DNA of 64,000 bases from Candidatus Bathyarchaeota archaeon (lineage in GTDB: Archaea; Thermoproteota; Bathyarchaeia; TCS64): positions 128,001 through 192,000 of the forward strand of contig JBDRQD010000015.1 of assembly GCA_043826455.1 (NCBI GenBank), given 5' to 3'. Both the position numbers and the translations under genes were made by a program. The notes beneath the pieces were generated by a model. The model searched no databases, was not told the origin of the DNA, and worked only from the letters and a program-made list of their open reading frames with translations. Below are positions 26,761 through 37,123 of the stretch, piece by piece. How positions within the stretch are numbered: the first letter of the stretch is position 1; each line of letters starts with the position of its first letter.

Positions 26761-29439
26761 ATGGTTGAACCCTATCACATAAGATCCGTAGAAGACGCAC
26801 TCGATGATCTCGGCACGGGCGCCGAGGGTCTTTCTCAGCAGGAGGCTAGGAGGCGCCTCGCCGAGTATGGGTCCAATGTCCTGCAGAGTGGCGCAGCTGT
26901 CTCCCCAGTGGCGATCTTCATTGGTCAGTTCAAGAGCGTCCTGATCGTGATACTTATCTTGGCCGCTTTGGTGTCGGGATTCTTTCTACACGAGTACCTG
27001 GACATGTATGTGATCCTCATCATTGTCTTGCTCAACGCAGTCATCGGCTTCGTCCAGGAGTACAGGGCCGAGAAGGCCGTGGACGCTCTAAAGAAGATGG
27101 TCTCCCCCTCAGCCATCGTATTGAGGGACGGCCACGAGGTGAAGCTGGACGCCTCAGAGATCGTCTCGGGGGACGTAATTCTGGTGAGCGAGGGTGATCG
27201 TGTGCCGGCCGATGGTAGGATCATTCAGGCTGCCAACCTCAAGATAGATGAGGCTCCCCTTACAGGCGAGTCGTCACCTGTCCCCAAGAACGCGGAGCCG
27301 GTGGATCCAGTCGTCACCATTTCGGAGATGGCTAATATGGTGTTCATGGGCACTCATGTCTCCTACGGCCGTGGCAGAGCAGTCGTGACCGGAACAGGCA
27401 TGAACACAGAGTTCGGTAAGATCGCAAACATGATACAGTCCGTCGAGGAAGAGGACCCGCCTCTTAAACGGAAGACAGAGCGGCTCGGGAAGCAGCTCAG
27501 CGTGATAGCATTAGTCGGCTGCGTCGTGGTATTCGTGGCCGACTACTTGTCAGGGGTCTCACTAGCGAACTCCTTACTCACTGCTATGAGCTTGGCTATA
27601 TCAGCGATACCTGAAGGCCTGCCCGCCGTCCTCATCATCACCCTCTCGCTGGGAGCCCAGCGGATGGCCCGTAGCAATGCTATAGTAAGGAAGCTCGCCT
27701 CGGTGGAGACACTGGGCACCACCACGGTCATATGCAGCGACAAGACGGGCACCATCACTAAGAACGAGATGACGGTCAGGAGGCTCCAGATCAACGGCCT
27801 ATCTACAGATGTCACAGGAACAGGGTACACGCCAAAAGGGGAGTTCACAATGGATGGTGATCCCATAGACCCACTACGCCTCAGAGGCGTCGAGTTCATG
27901 CTGAGGATAGGCTACCTGTGCAACGACGCCAAGCTGGAGTACGATAAGGATATGGGCTACTACCTCATAGGCGACCCTACGGAGGGCGCCCTCCTGACAG
28001 CGGCTCTGAAGGCGGGGATAGAGCCAACCGACGTAGCGTCCAAGTACCCACGCATCTGGGAGGCACCCTTCGACTCCACCAGGAAGAGGATGACCACTAT
28101 GAACGGCAGCCCGGAGGGTAGAAGGCTCGCATGCGTCAAAGGCGCGCCGGAGGTGCTGCTTAGCCTCAGTGACAGATACTATGAGGGCGGCGAGGAGTAC
28201 TTTCTTACAGATGCGCTTCGAGGTGAGATAAAGGCCGCCGTGGACCGGATGGCAACTGACGCTCTCCGGGTTCTAGCCGTAGCCTACAAGTGGGTTGAGG
28301 AGAGGGAGAGCTACGAAGCAGAAGACGTCGAGAAGGACCTGGTTTTCGTCGGCCTCATAGGCATGATCGATCCCCCCAGGGAAGAGGTGTCGGAAGCCAT
28401 CAAGCTCTGCAAAAAAGCGGGCATAAGGACGGTAATGATTACGGGTGACCATGTGCTCACAGCGGTAGCCATCGCTAGGGAGGTGGGCATCCTTGGCGCT
28501 GATGGCGGAGAAGCCTTAACGGGTGAGAAGCTCGAGGCTATGACCAACGAAGATCTGCTCTTAAATGTGGACTCGGTGTCCGTCTACGCCCGGGTCAGCC
28601 CAGAGCACAAGGTTAGGGTAGCCTCAGCCCTCAAGAATAGAGGGAACATCGTCGCCATGACTGGGGACGGGGTCAACGATGCCCCCGCCATCAAGACTGC
28701 TGACATAGGGGTGGCCATGGGCATCAAGGGGACCGACGTGACCAAGGAGGCCGCTGACATGATCCTCACAGACGACAACTTCGCCACCATAGTGAAGGCT
28801 GTGGAGGAGGGCAGAGCCATATATGACAACATAAGGAAGTTCATGAGGTACCTGATCTCCAGCAACTTCGATGAGATGATCATTATCTCCAGCTTCGCCT
28901 TGGCGGGTCTGCCCCTTCCCCTGCTGCCCATCATGATTCTCTGGCTCAACCTTGTAACGGACGGCGGCCCCGCCATAGCCCTTAGCATGGACATGCCCAC
29001 CGAGGACCTCATGGCTAGGCCCCCCCGAGACCCTAAGCAGGGCATATTGCACGGCATGTGGCTCTTCATCGCTGCCTACGTGGTCGTGGCGGTGACGGCC
29101 ACCTCAGGGATATTCCTGTGGAAGTACCTCGTCCAGGGAGCCCCCCTCAACGAGGCGAGGACAGTCACCTTCATGCAGGCCTGCATGTTTGAGCTGATCG
29201 TCGTGTTCAACTGCAGATCCGAGAAGCACAACGCCTTCAAGGCAGGGGTGCTCTCCAACAAGTACCTTGTGGCCTCCGTCCTCTTGGGCGGGCTGCTAAC
29301 CGTGTCCCTGTGCTACGTACCCCTATTCCAGAGGGTATTCCACACTGTGCCTCTAGCCCTAGAAGACTGGGCCGTGATAATCGGGGTGTCCATGTCGAGC
29401 CTTCTGGTTCTGCCCGAGTTGTTCATGAACCGGGATTAG
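26761..29439 (+). CDS. Type II cation-translocating P-type ATPase (Ca2+-like)
   Basis: TGES, PEGL, DKTGT, KGAPE, TGD, GDGVND. Confidence 0.93.
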   Translation: MVEPYHIRSVEDALDDLGTGAEGLSQQEARRRLAEYGSNVLQSGAAVSPVAIFIGQFKSVLIVILILAALVSGFFLHEYLDMYVILIIVLLNAVIGFVQEYRAEKAVDALKKMVSPSAIVLRDGHEVKLDASEIVSGDVILVSEGDRVPADGRIIQAANLKIDEAPLTGESSPVPKNAEPVDPVVTISEMANMVFMGTHVSYGRGRAVVTGTGMNTEFGKIANMIQSVEEEDPPLKRKTERLGKQLSVIALVGCVVVFVADYLSGVSLANSLLTAMSLAISAIPEGLPAVLIITLSLGAQRMARSNAIVRKLASVETLGTTTVICSDKTGTITKNEMTVRRLQINGLSTDVTGTGYTPKGEFTMDGDPIDPLRLRGVEFMLRIGYLCNDAKLEYDKDMGYYLIGDPTEGALLTAALKAGIEPTDVASKYPRIWEAPFDSTRKRMTTMNGSPEGRRLACVKGAPEVLLSLSDRYYEGGEEYFLTDALRGEIKAAVDRMATDALRVLAVAYKWVEERESYEAEDVEKDLVFVGLIGMIDPPREEVSEAIKLCKKAGIRTVMITGDHVLTAVAIAREVGILGADGGEALTGEKLEAMTNEDLLLNVDSVSVYARVSPEHKVRVASALKNRGNIVAMTGDGVNDAPAIKTADIGVAMGIKGTDVTKEAADMILTDDNFATIVKAVEEGRAIYDNIRKFMRYLISSNFDEMIIISSFALAGLPLPLLPIMILWLNLVTDGGPAIALSMDMPTEDLMARPPRDPKQGILHGMWLFIAAYVVVAVTATSGIFLWKYLVQGAPLNEARTVTFMQACMFELIVVFNCRSEKHNAFKAGVLSNKYLVASVLLGGLLTVSLCYVPLFQRVFHTVPLALEDWAVIIGVSMSSLLVLPELFMNRD

Positions 29440-29508
29440 ATGTAGCCCTGGTGCCCTGTTCAACCCAATTCATTTAATCTGGATGTAACTAATTGTATCC
29501 TGATTGGC

Positions 29509-31134
29509 ATGCTTGATCTAATTGTGAAAGGTGGAAGAGTTGTCACGGGCGCGGGTAACCCGTGGTTCAGGGCCGACGTGGGAGTAAAGAAGGGATTTAT
29601 CACAAAGGTTGGCAGCCTCAGCGAGGACGCCAAGGAGGTAATAGACGCGAGGGGCATGGTGGTGTGCCCGGGCTTCATTGACCTCCACGACCACAGCGAC
29701 CTCACCATCCTGGCCAACAGGGAGGCCGACAGCAAGGTCCACATGGGGGTCAGCACCACGGTGTTCGCCAGCTGCGGCTCAGGGGCCGCGCCCCTCAACG
29801 AGGCCATGAGGGAGGAGGTGCGCCGTGAGGCCCCCTTCCTGAAGGCGGCGGGGGTCGAGGTAGACTGGTCCACAATGAAGGAGTACCTGAGCCGCCTGGA
29901 GGCTGGCGGCCTCTCCATCAACGTGGCGCCCCTGGTGGGCTTCGGCACGGTCCGGGAGTACGTCATGGGCATGGAGATGAGGGCCCCGACGAAGGCCGAG
30001 TTAAAGGCAATGAAGGCCGAGATGTCTAAAGCCATGGATGCCGGGTGTAGGGGCATCACCACGGGCCTCAGGTACGACCCCCAGAGCTACGCCGAAACCG
30101 GGGAGGTCATAGAGCTCTCCAAAGTGGTGGCGGGGTACGGGGGCTTCTACACCAGCCACATCAGGGACGAGGGTGACAGGGGCGACCCCCTGGCCGCCGT
30201 GGAGGAGATCATACGCATCGGACGTGAAGCAGGCATCCCTGTGAACATAAGCCACTTCAAGGTCCTCTCCAAACGGTTCTGGCACCTGGCACCCAGGCTC
30301 GTGGAGATGGTGGAGCAGGCCAGGGCTGAGGGCGTCCAGGTAACCGCGGATCAGTACCCCTACAGCGCCAGCGGCACCGGCCTCGGGGCCTGGATACCGC
30401 CGTGGGCCAACGAGGGGGGCGTCGAGGAGCTGGTGAAGCGCCTCAACGACGCGGAGACGACAAAGAAGATCAAAGCGGGCCTCGCCGTTTCCATGGAGGA
30501 CCGCGGGGGCCCTGAGAACGCCCTCATCAGCAGCTACCCCCTGGACCCCAAGATGGTTGGCCAGAACATCGCCCAGGTGGCCAAGAAGTGGAGAATGGAC
30601 CCCCTGGACGCGGGCATAAAGCTCCTCAGAGACCACCTGGAGGCCATCACATCGGGCAAGGTGAAGGGAGGCTTCAGCATAGTGAACTTCAACCAGACGG
30701 AGGAGAACGTGGAGCTCATCATGAGGCAGCCCTGGGTGGCCGTTGGCACCGACGGCAGGGTCCACAGCCCGCAGGGCGTCCTGAAGAAGGACATACCCGC
30801 CCCCCACCCAAGGTTCTACGGCACATTCCCCAGGGTCCTGGGCAAGTACAGCAGGGAGAGGGGGGTCATCAGCCTCAGCGAGGCTGTGCGCAAGATGACC
30901 AGCCTCCCGGCCCAGATACTGAGTCTAAGAGACAGGGGCCTCATAGCCCCCGGATCGTGCGCTGACATAACCGTGTTCGACCCGGAAACGGTCATCGACA
31001 GGGCCGGCTTCGCTCCCGCGGAGGCCACCATGCGGTACCCGGAGGGCATCACCCACCTGGTGGTGAACGGCGCCGTGACCATGAGGGACGGCGAGCACAC
31101 GGGCGCCAGGGCCGGCGTGGTTCTGAGAAGGTAG
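29509..31134 (+). CDS. N-acyl-D-amino-acid deacylase (D-aminoacylase) family
   Basis: PGFIDLHDHSD, SCG, SHIRDE, DQYPY, HPRFYGTFPR. Confidence 0.9.
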   Translation: MLDLIVKGGRVVTGAGNPWFRADVGVKKGFITKVGSLSEDAKEVIDARGMVVCPGFIDLHDHSDLTILANREADSKVHMGVSTTVFASCGSGAAPLNEAMREEVRREAPFLKAAGVEVDWSTMKEYLSRLEAGGLSINVAPLVGFGTVREYVMGMEMRAPTKAELKAMKAEMSKAMDAGCRGITTGLRYDPQSYAETGEVIELSKVVAGYGGFYTSHIRDEGDRGDPLAAVEEIIRIGREAGIPVNISHFKVLSKRFWHLAPRLVEMVEQARAEGVQVTADQYPYSASGTGLGAWIPPWANEGGVEELVKRLNDAETTKKIKAGLAVSMEDRGGPENALISSYPLDPKMVGQNIAQVAKKWRMDPLDAGIKLLRDHLEAITSGKVKGGFSIVNFNQTEENVELIMRQPWVAVGTDGRVHSPQGVLKKDIPAPHPRFYGTFPRVLGKYSRERGVISLSEAVRKMTSLPAQILSLRDRGLIAPGSCADITVFDPETVIDRAGFAPAEATMRYPEGITHLVVNGAVTMRDGEHTGARAGVVLRR

Positions 31135-31185
31135 AGTGTATCCTCTACCACCTCTATTTAAAATAAAAAAAATTGTTGTGGGTGT

Positions 31186-31560
31186 TTACTTGACTTGCTG
31201 CAGAGCCTTTCGGGTCTCCTCGGGGAAGTCTCTCAAAAGATTGCGTACAACGACCTTAGCGATATACTCCTTAAACTCGGCCTCGTTATACTTGGCCGAG
31301 TAGATACGCCTGTGGCCTCCCTTCCCTGTAATCTCCGTGTAGTCCAGCACACCCTCATCTACCATGGAGTTCAGGAAGTTGATGATTGACGCCCGGCTTA
31401 TCGTCCTCTGTCCTTCGAGATCCTCGTTCACCTGCATCCAAACGTCGCGGCTGCTCGCGCCCTCACCGTCCAGACGCCAGAGGTACTGGAGAGCTACCTC
31501 CTGGTAGTCCTTCAGCACCATTGCAAGTCCTGTATTAGAGGTGTCAATCGTTAGTGTCAT
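31186..31560 (-). CDS. Winged-helix regulator (BlaI/MecI/CopY-like)
   Basis: SSRDVW, ISRASIINFLNSMVDEGVL, GKGGHRRIY. Confidence 0.75.
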   Translation of the reverse strand: MTLTIDTSNTGLAMVLKDYQEVALQYLWRLDGEGASSRDVWMQVNEDLEGQRTISRASIINFLNSMVDEGVLDYTEITGKGGHRRIYSAKYNEAEFKEYIAKVVVRNLLRDFPEETRKALQQVK

Positions 31561-31582
31561 TTCTGTTTCTCCTAACGGGGCT

Positions 31583-31616
31583 CATGTGAAGGCTATGATA
31601 TTTAAACCTTCACATG
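31583..31616. promoter_or_regulatory. Perfect 10-bp inverted repeat flanking a TATA-like box
   Basis: CATGTGAAGG-14nt(containing TTTAAA)-CCTTCACATG upstream of 31560. Confidence 0.6.
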
Positions 31617-31837
31617 CCTGTTATACACCTTATACTTAATATTATTTTTCTTCATATAAACATCTAATATTGTAATAAAAATGAAAGGCATATCTTGATT
31701 ATTAGCTAAACACCCGTGTTGCTTCATAATATCCTAAAACAACCGGGCAACAAGCTCCATGAGAAATATTTTTAGCCTGAGGCCCACTCCCTCTGGAACA
31801 AGGAATAGTAAAAGGAATCTTTCCCCGCCCCAACCGT

Positions 31838-33163
31838 TTGATGAAGGTAAGTCAATTGATCACGGCTGAAAGCACGCTTCTCCTCATATCCGGGACACTG
31901 TTCCTAAGCTACGTCTCAGGGATCATCTACAACAAGACCAAGATCCCTGACCTGGTCTGGCTCCTGGGCTTCGGCATGCTCCTTGGGCCTGTTCTGCACG
32001 TGTACGACGAGCAGGTGTTCACGGGCATCTTCGACCTCATGCTGCTTCTATCGGTGACCCTCTTCAGCTTCGGGACGGGCATCAACATCAACACCCAGCA
32101 GTTGGTGGGTAGTACCCGGAAGGCCGCGAGCCTAGCCTTCACTAGCTTCGTCGTCGTAACCGTGTCCACGGGGCTGGTGGTCCACTACGCGTTGCCGGAT
32201 ATGTTCAGCCTCATGGACGGCCTGATACTGGGGGCCATGATGGGTGCCATGAGCGGCGTCTCCCTGAGCAGCCTGATATCGGCTGTCAAGAGCAGCTACC
32301 AGGACATGGGGAACGCCGACGTGCTTCTCCAGTTAGAGTCCACCGTCGGCGACCCTCTCAGGGTGGTTGCCGTCCTCACCCTCATCAAGATGGTGCTCCT
32401 CATGGAGGCTGGGCCCAGGACAGCGGCCCGGGACATCCTGTTCCTGCTGCTGTCCAGCGTGGCCATCGGCGTCGTAAGCGGCCTGGGCTGGGGTGAGCTT
32501 CTCAGCAGGCTCAGGGACAGGCCCCTAAACTACATGATGACCATGGCCTTCGTGTTCCCCGTTTACGAGCTGGCGGAGTACGTGGGCGGGAGCGGTGGCG
32601 CCATCGCGGTCATGGTCATGGGCGTCGTGTTGATGAACTACGGGTACGTCACCAAGCTGCTGAAGCTGAACCGGAAGGCACGGATCGACCGCAGGAAGAT
32701 ACAGGAGTACCACAACGAGATCACCTTCCTGGTGAAGTCCATGTTCTTCGTCTACATGGGCATCATCGTGAGGCTCAGCGTTGTCAGCCTGGCCGTGGGC
32801 ATCCTGGTGGCGTCCCTCATCGTCCTCACCAGGTACGTCTCGGTGAGCCTGGTGGGTCGGTTCCACAGGCTGACCACCAACGAGGTGGCCTTCACCCGGA
32901 TGATATTCATCCAGGGGGCGGGCACCTTGGTGCTGAGCCAGTTCCCAGCCAAGTTCGACCCCCTGCGGCTGAGCTTCACCAACCCGGACATCTTCACGGA
33001 CCTGGCTATCCCCATCGTCATCGTCAGCATCCTGTTCAGCAGCGTGGTGGCACCCATTATTGCTCACCGGCAGCTGCTGCCTAGGAAGAAGCCGGGGGAG
33101 GCCCCAGTGAACGGGGTGAAGGAGAACGGGGAGGAGCCCTCCGCCGTGGAGCCCGTGGAGTAG
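31838..33163 (+). CDS. Cation:proton antiporter (CPA1/NhaP-like)
   Basis: About 12 TM; LLGP, LESTVGD, FLVKSMFFVYMG. Confidence 0.85.
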   Translation: MMKVSQLITAESTLLLISGTLFLSYVSGIIYNKTKIPDLVWLLGFGMLLGPVLHVYDEQVFTGIFDLMLLLSVTLFSFGTGININTQQLVGSTRKAASLAFTSFVVVTVSTGLVVHYALPDMFSLMDGLILGAMMGAMSGVSLSSLISAVKSSYQDMGNADVLLQLESTVGDPLRVVAVLTLIKMVLLMEAGPRTAARDILFLLLSSVAIGVVSGLGWGELLSRLRDRPLNYMMTMAFVFPVYELAEYVGGSGGAIAVMVMGVVLMNYGYVTKLLKLNRKARIDRRKIQEYHNEITFLVKSMFFVYMGIIVRLSVVSLAVGILVASLIVLTRYVSVSLVGRFHRLTTNEVAFTRMIFIQGAGTLVLSQFPAKFDPLRLSFTNPDIFTDLAIPIVIVSILFSSVVAPIIAHRQLLPRKKPGEAPVNGVKENGEEPSAVEPVE

Positions 33164-33168
33164 TGGGT

Positions 33169-35133
33169 TTAGCCGAGGTACTTCTTGAACCAGCGGGCCA
33201 TGTGCTCCAGGCGCTCCTTCCTGTGCTTGGGCTTGCCGCTGCGGCTCAGCTCGTGGCTCTCACCGGGGAACCTGATGAACTCGGTGGGCACCCCCAGCAC
33301 CTTGAGGGCCGTGAACAGCTGCTCGCCCTGCTCCATGGGGCACCTGTAGTCTTCCTCCGAGTGGATGATCATGGTGGGGGTCACCATGTTCTTCACGTAC
33401 CTTATGGGGCTCCTGGCCATGAACTCCTCCTCCATGTCCCACCAGTATCCGCCCAGCTCGGTCTTGCCGAAGGTCCAGCCGATGTCGCTGCACCCGAAGA
33501 AGGTGACCCAGTTGGTGATGCTGCGGAGGGTGATGGCTGCGGCGAACCTGTCCGTGTGGCCGATGATCCAGTTGGTCATGACGCCGCCGTAGCTGCCACC
33601 GGTGACCCCCAGCTTGGAGCCGTCCACCCACTTGTTGCGCTCCATGACCACGTCCACAGCCCTCATCAGGTCGTCGTAGTCCTGCTCAAAGTAGTGGCCC
33701 GGAAGGGCGGCCTGGTACTCCTCATAGTAGCCTCCGCTGCCCCACGGGTTGACGTAGAGGACGGCCCAGCCCTGGGCGGCCAGGTACTGGAACTCGTGCA
33801 CGAAGGCGTCCCCGTAGGCGCCCCTGGGGCCGCCGTGGATGTGCAGTATCAGCGGGTACTTCTTGGATGGGTCGAAGCCGGGGGGCTTCATGAGCCAGCC
33901 CTGCACCGTGTGGCCTGCGCTGCTCTTGAAGGTGAGCTCCTCGTGGGGCATTATCTCCGTCTTCTTCACGTAGTCCTTGTTGAGGTCGGTGACCTGCTTA
34001 GACTTCTCTCCGTCCCAGAGCCAGAGCTCCATGGGTTTGGTGGTGTCCAGCACAGTGTACGCCACCTTTCCGTCGTCGGTGACCGTGAAGGCCTCCACGC
34101 TGTGGTCTCTGCCCCCCAGCACCTTCTCCACGGGGCCGCCGCTCATATGCACTCTGTAGAGGTAGGCGTCGCCGTCCATGGGGCTGTTGAAGTAGAGGTG
34201 CTCGCCGCCCCAGGCCGGAAGGCTGTCGGGGCTGCTCACCCTGATGTCGCTGCTGAGCTTGGCGCCCAGGTCCTGGTCGAAGCCCGATGTGAGGTTCACG
34301 GGCTCCTCCCCCTCGGTGAGGGTCCAGACGTCACTGTTGGTGCCGCTGCCGTTGTGGTAGTCGTGGCCCGAGAAGGCTATGAGCCTCTTCTTGGGGTGGG
34401 GGCTGACGCCGCCGATGCTCATAAGCGTCCTGGTGAGCTGAGCCGGGTCGCCGCCCTTGGCGTCCACCTTGTACAGGTAGCTCCGGCGCACTATGTCCGC
34501 GTCGGGGTCCAGGTTGCTGGCGAACACGATGCTCTTGCCGTCGCTCATCCACTCAGCGTTGGACACGTCATACTCGCCCTTGGTCACCTGCTTCGCCTTG
34601 CCCCCCTTAGCGGGCACCGTGAACAGGTGCTTACGCAGGTTCTCGAAGAAGCCCCTTCCGTTGAACTTGTAGACTAGGCGGTCGATGACCTTGACGTCGC
34701 TGTCGCCCCTGTCCACCCGCTTCACGTTGCTGAGGAAGAGGATGCTCTTGCCGTTGGGGGCCCACCTAGGGCTGTCCACGCCGCTCTCCACGTCCGTCAG
34801 CTGCCGGGCCTCTCCGCCCGAGACGTCGATGACGTAGAGCTGGGTCTTCTTCTTCTCCCCGTTCTTGCCCGGGGGAGGCGTCGAAGTGAAGAGGATGCGG
34901 CTACCGTCGGTGCTCCACAGGGGGTTCTTGTCCTTCCTGCGGCCCGAGGTGTACTGGTAGACCTTGCCGGCGTCCAGCTCGGCCATCCAGAGGTCGCTGA
35001 GGTACTCGTCCTTCTCGAAGTCCAAGACGGTGTGGACGAAGACGGCGCGACCCCCGTCTGGGCTTATCTGGGGGTCCGATACTGCCTGGATGCTGGCCAG
35101 GTCCATGATCTCGACAGGCTTCCTGTCAGTCAT
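33169..35133 (-). CDS. S9 family peptidase (acylaminoacyl/dipeptidyl peptidase)
   Basis: PD40-type propeller repeats, IHGGP, GGSYGG, DYRC, ESHELSR. Confidence 0.93.
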   Translation of the reverse strand: MTDRKPVEIMDLASIQAVSDPQISPDGGRAVFVHTVLDFEKDEYLSDLWMAELDAGKVYQYTSGRRKDKNPLWSTDGSRILFTSTPPPGKNGEKKKTQLYVIDVSGGEARQLTDVESGVDSPRWAPNGKSILFLSNVKRVDRGDSDVKVIDRLVYKFNGRGFFENLRKHLFTVPAKGGKAKQVTKGEYDVSNAEWMSDGKSIVFASNLDPDADIVRRSYLYKVDAKGGDPAQLTRTLMSIGGVSPHPKKRLIAFSGHDYHNGSGTNSDVWTLTEGEEPVNLTSGFDQDLGAKLSSDIRVSSPDSLPAWGGEHLYFNSPMDGDAYLYRVHMSGGPVEKVLGGRDHSVEAFTVTDDGKVAYTVLDTTKPMELWLWDGEKSKQVTDLNKDYVKKTEIMPHEELTFKSSAGHTVQGWLMKPPGFDPSKKYPLILHIHGGPRGAYGDAFVHEFQYLAAQGWAVLYVNPWGSGGYYEEYQAALPGHYFEQDYDDLMRAVDVVMERNKWVDGSKLGVTGGSYGGVMTNWIIGHTDRFAAAITLRSITNWVTFFGCSDIGWTFGKTELGGYWWDMEEEFMARSPIRYVKNMVTPTMIIHSEEDYRCPMEQGEQLFTALKVLGVPTEFIRFPGESHELSRSGKPKHRKERLEHMARWFKKYLG

Positions 35134-35255
35134 AACACATCAAAATAGATTCACTGTTCAATGATAAAAATGCAGCTAAGTCGCCCTGGCCCGCCGCACC
35201 TTCTCTCTTCATACCCTTTGTAGATCTTTGAGCCACCATATATTATTCAGGGGAG

Positions 35256-36164
35256 ATGCCTGTATACTTGATGGGTTTGAGCCGAGGCAGAGAATTCTTC
35301 CTAGACCGCTACAGGATGCTTGGCCAGGGCTTGACGGGAGACGAGTCAACCCCTCAGGCCATTAGAGTGAACTCCCTAAAGATCAGGGACGCGGAGCTCC
35401 TGGAGGTCATGTCCTCCATCGGCGTCGAACTGGAGAAGCTGCCTTTCCTTGACCACGGCTACAGGGTTATCCGCACCGAGTTCAGCCTTGGCTCCACCAT
35501 CGAGTACCTTCTGGGCCTCTACAGCCTACAGGAGGCTGCAAGCCAGCTGCCTGTCCAGGTACTGTGGCCGGAGCCGGGCGACGTTGCTCTCGACATGTGC
35601 TCGGCTCCAGGCGGAAAAACAACCCAGATGGCCGCCTTCATGGGGAACAGGGGGAGACTCTACGCTGTGGACTCCAGCAGGGAAAGGCTCTACGCGGTGG
35701 AGAACAGTCTTGAGAGGTGTGGCGTCACCAACTGCCTCGTATACCATGGAGACGCCGCGGAGATCGAGCTGGGGCTCATTTTCCAAAAAATACTCTTGGA
35801 CGCGCCGTGCAGCGGCAACTACGTCACAGACTCCCTTTGGTTCAGCAGGAGGACTCTGAAAGACGTGGAGATCAACGCCGAGCATCAGAGGAGCCTCATG
35901 TCAAGGGCGCTGGAGCTATTGGAGCCTGGAGGCTGGCTCCTGTACAGCACATGCAGCTTGGAGCCCGAGGAGAACGAGCTCAACGTCCAGTGGCTCCTGG
36001 AGAACCACGCCGTGGAGCTGAGCCCCGTGGACGGCCCTGGCCACCCGGGGCTAACAGACGTCTTCGGCGTCGAGCTGGACCCGTCTCTGTCAAGGTGTAA
36101 GCGGTTATGGCCCGACGACGCCGGGACCCAGGGCTTCTTCGTGGCGAAGGTGGTGAAACGGTGA
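35256..36164 (+). CDS. RsmB/NOP2 family RNA m5C methyltransferase
   Basis: LQEAAS, DMCSAPGGKT, DAPCSG, YSTCS, QGFF. Confidence 0.92.
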   Translation: MPVYLMGLSRGREFFLDRYRMLGQGLTGDESTPQAIRVNSLKIRDAELLEVMSSIGVELEKLPFLDHGYRVIRTEFSLGSTIEYLLGLYSLQEAASQLPVQVLWPEPGDVALDMCSAPGGKTTQMAAFMGNRGRLYAVDSSRERLYAVENSLERCGVTNCLVYHGDAAEIELGLIFQKILLDAPCSGNYVTDSLWFSRRTLKDVEINAEHQRSLMSRALELLEPGGWLLYSTCSLEPEENELNVQWLLENHAVELSPVDGPGHPGLTDVFGVELDPSLSRCKRLWPDDAGTQGFFVAKVVKR

Positions 36165-36619
36165 GGCTGCTCAGGAGACTACTCAAGGAGCTGAACTCAG
36201 GCTACAAAGCAGATGAGTCAAGTGTCATCAGGATCAATGACCAGTACTTCACCTTAGACGCGGAGTTCTGTGAGCCGCCGGCGAGAAAAGACCTAGTCTA
36301 TGCTGGCCTGTACCTTGGACGGGATAAGAGGATATTTGAGCCCAGCGCCAAACTTCTGGATTTGCTCTCCAAGGAGAAAGAGACCAGAAAGGTAACAGTG
36401 GACAGGGAAACAGCGTGGCTCTTCGTGTGCGGTAGGGACATCTTTCAAGAGAACATCCTCCGCGTGGAAGGTGAGCTTAGTCCTGGCTCATACTGCCTTG
36501 TGATCTTTGACGGGTGGTGCCTTGGTTATGGGCGGTATGAAACAGTCTGGAGTAGCAGGATGATTAGAAACTACTTTAACATCGGCGATTTTTTACACCG
36601 CGAAGCCTCAACACCATGA
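36161..36619 (+). CDS. NIP7-like PUA-domain protein
   Basis: AGLYLG, AWLFVCGRDIF, NIGDFLHRE; GTGA overlap with the NOP2 gene. Confidence 0.75.
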   Translation: MRLLRRLLKELNSGYKADESSVIRINDQYFTLDAEFCEPPARKDLVYAGLYLGRDKRIFEPSAKLLDLLSKEKETRKVTVDRETAWLFVCGRDIFQENILRVEGELSPGSYCLVIFDGWCLGYGRYETVWSSRMIRNYFNIGDFLHREASTP

Positions 36620-36744
36620 CTCTAAGTCAAATGGATCATCTAATCAGCATCAATATGCAGGGTCTGGCATAATGTTATACAGATTATAGAAACCCGTACC
36701 TACCTCTACATTGAAATTATCATTTTTTAAAAAAGGGTTGGAGA

Positions 36745-36963
36745 TTATTTTTTTGTTTTCTTGGGCTTCTCGCTCTTCTTGTGGGTTTTTCCGCAGGCCT
36801 TGCACCAGTACTCCCACTCAAAAACAGGTCCTCTTGCTTGGTCGACAGGGTCCATGCTCGCTCCTATGGATACCAGTACAGCTTCTCCTCCGCACTCGCA
36901 TGGTTCCCTTTTTTTCATCCCAAGTGCATCTTTCATAGCTTCCTTCACTTTTTCGAGTGCCAT
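36745..36963 (-). CDS. Small zinc-ribbon protein
   Basis: CECGG...CKACG, Lys-rich tail. Confidence 0.65.
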   Translation of the reverse strand: MALEKVKEAMKDALGMKKREPCECGGEAVLVSIGASMDPVDQARGPVFEWEYWCKACGKTHKKSEKPKKTKK

Positions 36964-37123
36964 ATGTCTACACCATTTTATTATTACCGTCTCCTGTAGA
37001 TAAATGCTATTTCAATTATTTATAGTTAATTTAATTTTATTAAAATTTAAAATAGCTAGTATCTTAATAATGTAACTTATCTTATATACATCTTATCATA
37101 ATAACTATCTTTCGGAGAACTAT

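Noticed and set aside
33163..34677. Long + strand ORF (504 aa) and similar ones such as 57377..58468, 58703..59695, 52188..53156 and 17221..18114
   Set aside because: Antisense shadows of well-supported genes, expected from GC-rich codon bias; no motifs.
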